Assembly: GCA_963674735.2 (NCBI GenBank)
Contig: CAXXQS010000002.1
Span: 2,240,001 to 2,304,000, forward strand
Direction: 5' to 3'
DNA: 64,000 nt
Source of the DNA: Myxococcota bacterium
GTDB taxonomy: Bacteria > Myxococcota_A > SURF-8
Shown here: piece after piece, positions 62,007 to 64,000 of the stretch
Numbering within the stretch: position 1 is the stretch's first letter
How the letters are laid out: each line of letters opens with the position of its first letter
Notes under the pieces: generated by a model
What the model was told of the DNA's origin: nothing
What the model saw: only the letters and a program-made list of their open reading frames with translations
The model's database searches: none
Translations under genes and position numbers: made by a program

Positions 62007-62219
62007 ATGGCAGAAAAAATGGAAACCAAAAAGAAGTTTGATGGTGAAAACGTGGAAATTCTTGCCGAGACCTATGAAGACGGCACTCCGCCGAAAGCCG
62101 ACCGCTGGCGGGGGAAATTGAAGAATCGGGAGCAGATGCTCAAATATATCAAAACGGGCCAGCGTTATTGGTACGACGAAGATTCGTACGGAAGCGAGAA
62201 GCGCAAAACGCCGGCCTGA
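62007..62219 (+). CDS. Small hypothetical protein heading the acs/cdh operon
   Basis: GGAGGA RBS; 70-aa charged ORF with host-like codons directly upstream of acsD. Confidence 0.7.
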   Translation: MAEKMETKKKFDGENVEILAETYEDGTPPKADRWRGKLKNREQMLKYIKTGQRYWYDEDSYGSEKRKTPA

Positions 62220-62286
62220 TTGCCGATTTGGGTTATGAGTCGACTTTTTTTTGACTTGGATTCAGGTGAGTGTGAAGGAGGGATAG

Positions 62287-63762
62287 ATGACGGTTGAGAC
62301 CCCGAAGCAAAGCTATAGCGGAAGCATTCGGGCGATTCCCATCCCGGGCGACAAAGGATTTACGCTCGGTGGTGAGACGACCATGCCCTACTACCTATTC
62401 GAAGGGGAGATGCCCAATCCCCCGAAAATTGCGGTAGAGGTCAATGACGTCGAACCGGGGGAATGGGCCCAGGAACTGAAAGATCAGTGGGGCGACGTAC
62501 TCAAAGACCCGGTGAAATGGGCCAAAATGGCCCAGGATAAACTGGGTGCCGATCTGATCCATCTCGAACTGGTCGGGACCGATCCCAATGGACAGGATCT
62601 GGGGGCCGATCATGCCGTGGACGTGGTGAAGAAGGTGGCGGCCGCCATCGATATTCCCCTGGTCGTCTGGGGCTCGTCGAACCAAGAAAAGGATAAAGAT
62701 ATCCTGCGCGCGGTGGCTGAGGCCGTTACCGATCGGCAACTGATGATCGGACCGGTGCAGGAAGACAATTATAAACAGGTGGGCGCGGGTATTCTGGCGT
62801 ACAAACACATCGCCATCCCCAACAGCCCCATCGACATCAACCTGGCCAAGCAGCTCAACATTCTGCTCGGCAATCTGGGCCTGCCCGCCGACAAGATTTT
62901 GGTCGATCCCACCACGGGTGGCTTGGGATACGGCATGGAGTATAGCTACTCCGTCATGGAGCGCGCGCGTCTGGCGGCCCTGGTGCAGGAAGATGAAAAG
63001 CTGCAGTATCCGCTTTATTGCAACCTGGGTAAGGAAGTGTGGAAGGTCAAGGAAAGCAAGCTGAGTGCCGAGGAAGCTCCCGAACTGGGCGACCCGACCA
63101 AGCGCGGCGTGCTGATGGAACTGCTCACCGCGACCTCGGTTCTGGTGGCCGGCGCCAACGTGTTGGTGTTGCGTCATCCGGAGTCGGTGAAATACGTTCG
63201 CGAGCTGATCGACGATCTGACCAACGCCAACGAAAAACCGGGAATGCAGAAACCGGCAGCCATCGACCGCTCGGTGAAACTCGAAAAACCGAAAGCGGCC
63301 GCCAAACCGGCGGCTAAACCGGCGGCTAAACCGGCGGCCAAGCCTGCCGCCAAGCCTGCGCCCAAGGCAGACGACGCGGCCAAGAAGGCGGCCGAGGCGG
63401 AAGCCAAAGCCAAAGCGGAGGCGGCGGCCAAAGCCAAGGCGGAAGCGGAAGCCAAAGCGGATGCGGAAGCCAAAGCCAAAGCGGAGGCGGAAGCCAAGGC
63501 CAAGACCGACGTGGTTCCTGCGGCCGCTCCGGCCCCGGTTGCCACTGTGGTCGAAAGCGCCGACACCGAAACTCATATCGTCAAGACGTTGGATGCCGGT
63601 GACGACGACGGAAGCGTCACCATCGTCATTCACGTCGGTTCATCTGGAGAACAACAACAACAGGGCTCGTCCAGCGATGTGAACCAGTTGCAAGCGATGA
63701 TCAAACAGCAACAGGCCGAAATCGCCGAGCTCCGCGAAATCGTGGCGAGGAGGAAATCGTGA
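62287..63762 (+). CDS. acsD: Corrinoid Fe-S protein small subunit (ACDS delta) with a long Ala/Lys-rich C-terminal extension
   Basis: LGGE...Y.FEGEMPNPP, SPIDINLAKQLN, DPTTGGLGYGMEYSYSVMER, LRHP. Confidence 0.92.
   Translation: MTVETPKQSYSGSIRAIPIPGDKGFTLGGETTMPYYLFEGEMPNPPKIAVEVNDVEPGEWAQELKDQWGDVLKDPVKWAKMAQDKLGADLIHLELVGTDPNGQDLGADHAVDVVKKVAAAIDIPLVVWGSSNQEKDKDILRAVAEAVTDRQLMIGPVQEDNYKQVGAGILAYKHIAIPNSPIDINLAKQLNILLGNLGLPADKILVDPTTGGLGYGMEYSYSVMERARLAALVQEDEKLQYPLYCNLGKEVWKVKESKLSAEEAPELGDPTKRGVLMELLTATSVLVAGANVLVLRHPESVKYVRELIDDLTNANEKPGMQKPAAIDRSVKLEKPKAAAKPAAKPAAKPAAKPAAKPAPKADDAAKKAAEAEAKAKAEAAAKAKAEAEAKADAEAKAKAEAEAKAKTDVVPAAAPAPVATVVESADTETHIVKTLDAGDDDGSVTIVIHVGSSGEQQQQGSSSDVNQLQAMIKQQQAEIAELREIVARRKS
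63295..63504 (+). repeat. In-frame low-complexity tandem repeats (AAKP; AEAKAK)
   Basis: 12-bp units GCNAARCCNGCN, about 5 copies, then degenerate GCGGAAGCCAAAGCC units within acsD. Confidence 0.85.
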
Positions 63763-64000
63763 AAATTGAAATTAAAGTCGGATCCGATAAAGGTCAAGCG
63801 GCGGGAGCGTCTTCGGATGTGGCCGTGCTCAAGCAAATTTTCGAAACCAATCAAAAAGAAATCGCCGAGCTGAAGAAGATGCTCGCCGGTGGGCAGCCCG
63901 TCGTGGCGGCGGCTCCCCCGACCGTGGCGAAAGCGGCTCCCAAGCCGAAGAAAAACGTCATCAAAAGCATCGATCCGGCGACGCTGAAAACCATCGACAT
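63759..64000 (+). CDS. Partial gene, probably anaerobic CO dehydrogenase catalytic subunit (AcsA/CooS); truncated by the window edge
   Basis: GTGA overlap with the acsD stop, AGGAGG RBS, open to the window end; KSIDPAT resembles CooS N-termini; operon context. Confidence 0.55.
   Translation, partial: MKIEIKVGSDKGQAAGASSDVAVLKQIFETNQKEIAELKKMLAGGQPVVAAAPPTVAKAAPKPKKNVIKSIDPATLKTID

Noticed and set aside
63295-63504. CRISPR-like repeat array
   Set aside because: Short in-frame codon repeats without spacers that encode a protein linker
1-64000. Many long antisense or alternate-frame ORFs (e.g. 26543..27904+, 17416..18408+, 59048..60328+, 62395..63633-, 48753..49883-)
   Set aside because: They are shadow ORFs of well-supported genes in GC-rich DNA and show no family motifs

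Overview
This is GC-rich bacterial chromosomal DNA. The gene content (Wood-Ljungdahl genes, class II RNR, acidic and Cys-rich lipoproteins, PrkA, PilB/PilC) suggests an anaerobic deltaproteobacterium or Myxococcota-like organism; that assignment is inference only. Left to right the window holds: a FadL-like porin with lipoproteins; an ArsR-led Psr/Phs-type Mo-oxidoreductase operon whose cytochrome b subunit is fused to a YeeE/YedE half-transporter, followed by a YeeE-rhodanese fusion with a GGGGC tail; two low-GC C-type-lectin-fold lipoproteins; TauE; an SGNH protein; nrdJ with NrdR boxes; a candidate ~280-nt structured ncRNA; an orphan XRE/ImmA phage-like switch with a divergent four-gene operon and no integrase or structural genes; housekeeping genes (proC, acyP, HAD, SPFH/NfeD, PrkA, MMPL, ribF, rfbB); two PilB/GspE ATPases plus PilC; amphi-Trp with a PhoU-kinase fusion; a glycosyltransferase/methyltransferase operon; a mosaic membrane-spanning HEAT-NACHT protein; an SHMT-GcvT fusion; and the start of the acs operon, where AcsD and the next protein (probably CODH) share a duplicated peptide. 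I saw no rRNA, tRNA, CRISPR array, integrase, transposase or reverse transcriptase. All calls come from reading motifs by eye, no database was searched, and GC statements are visual estimates.
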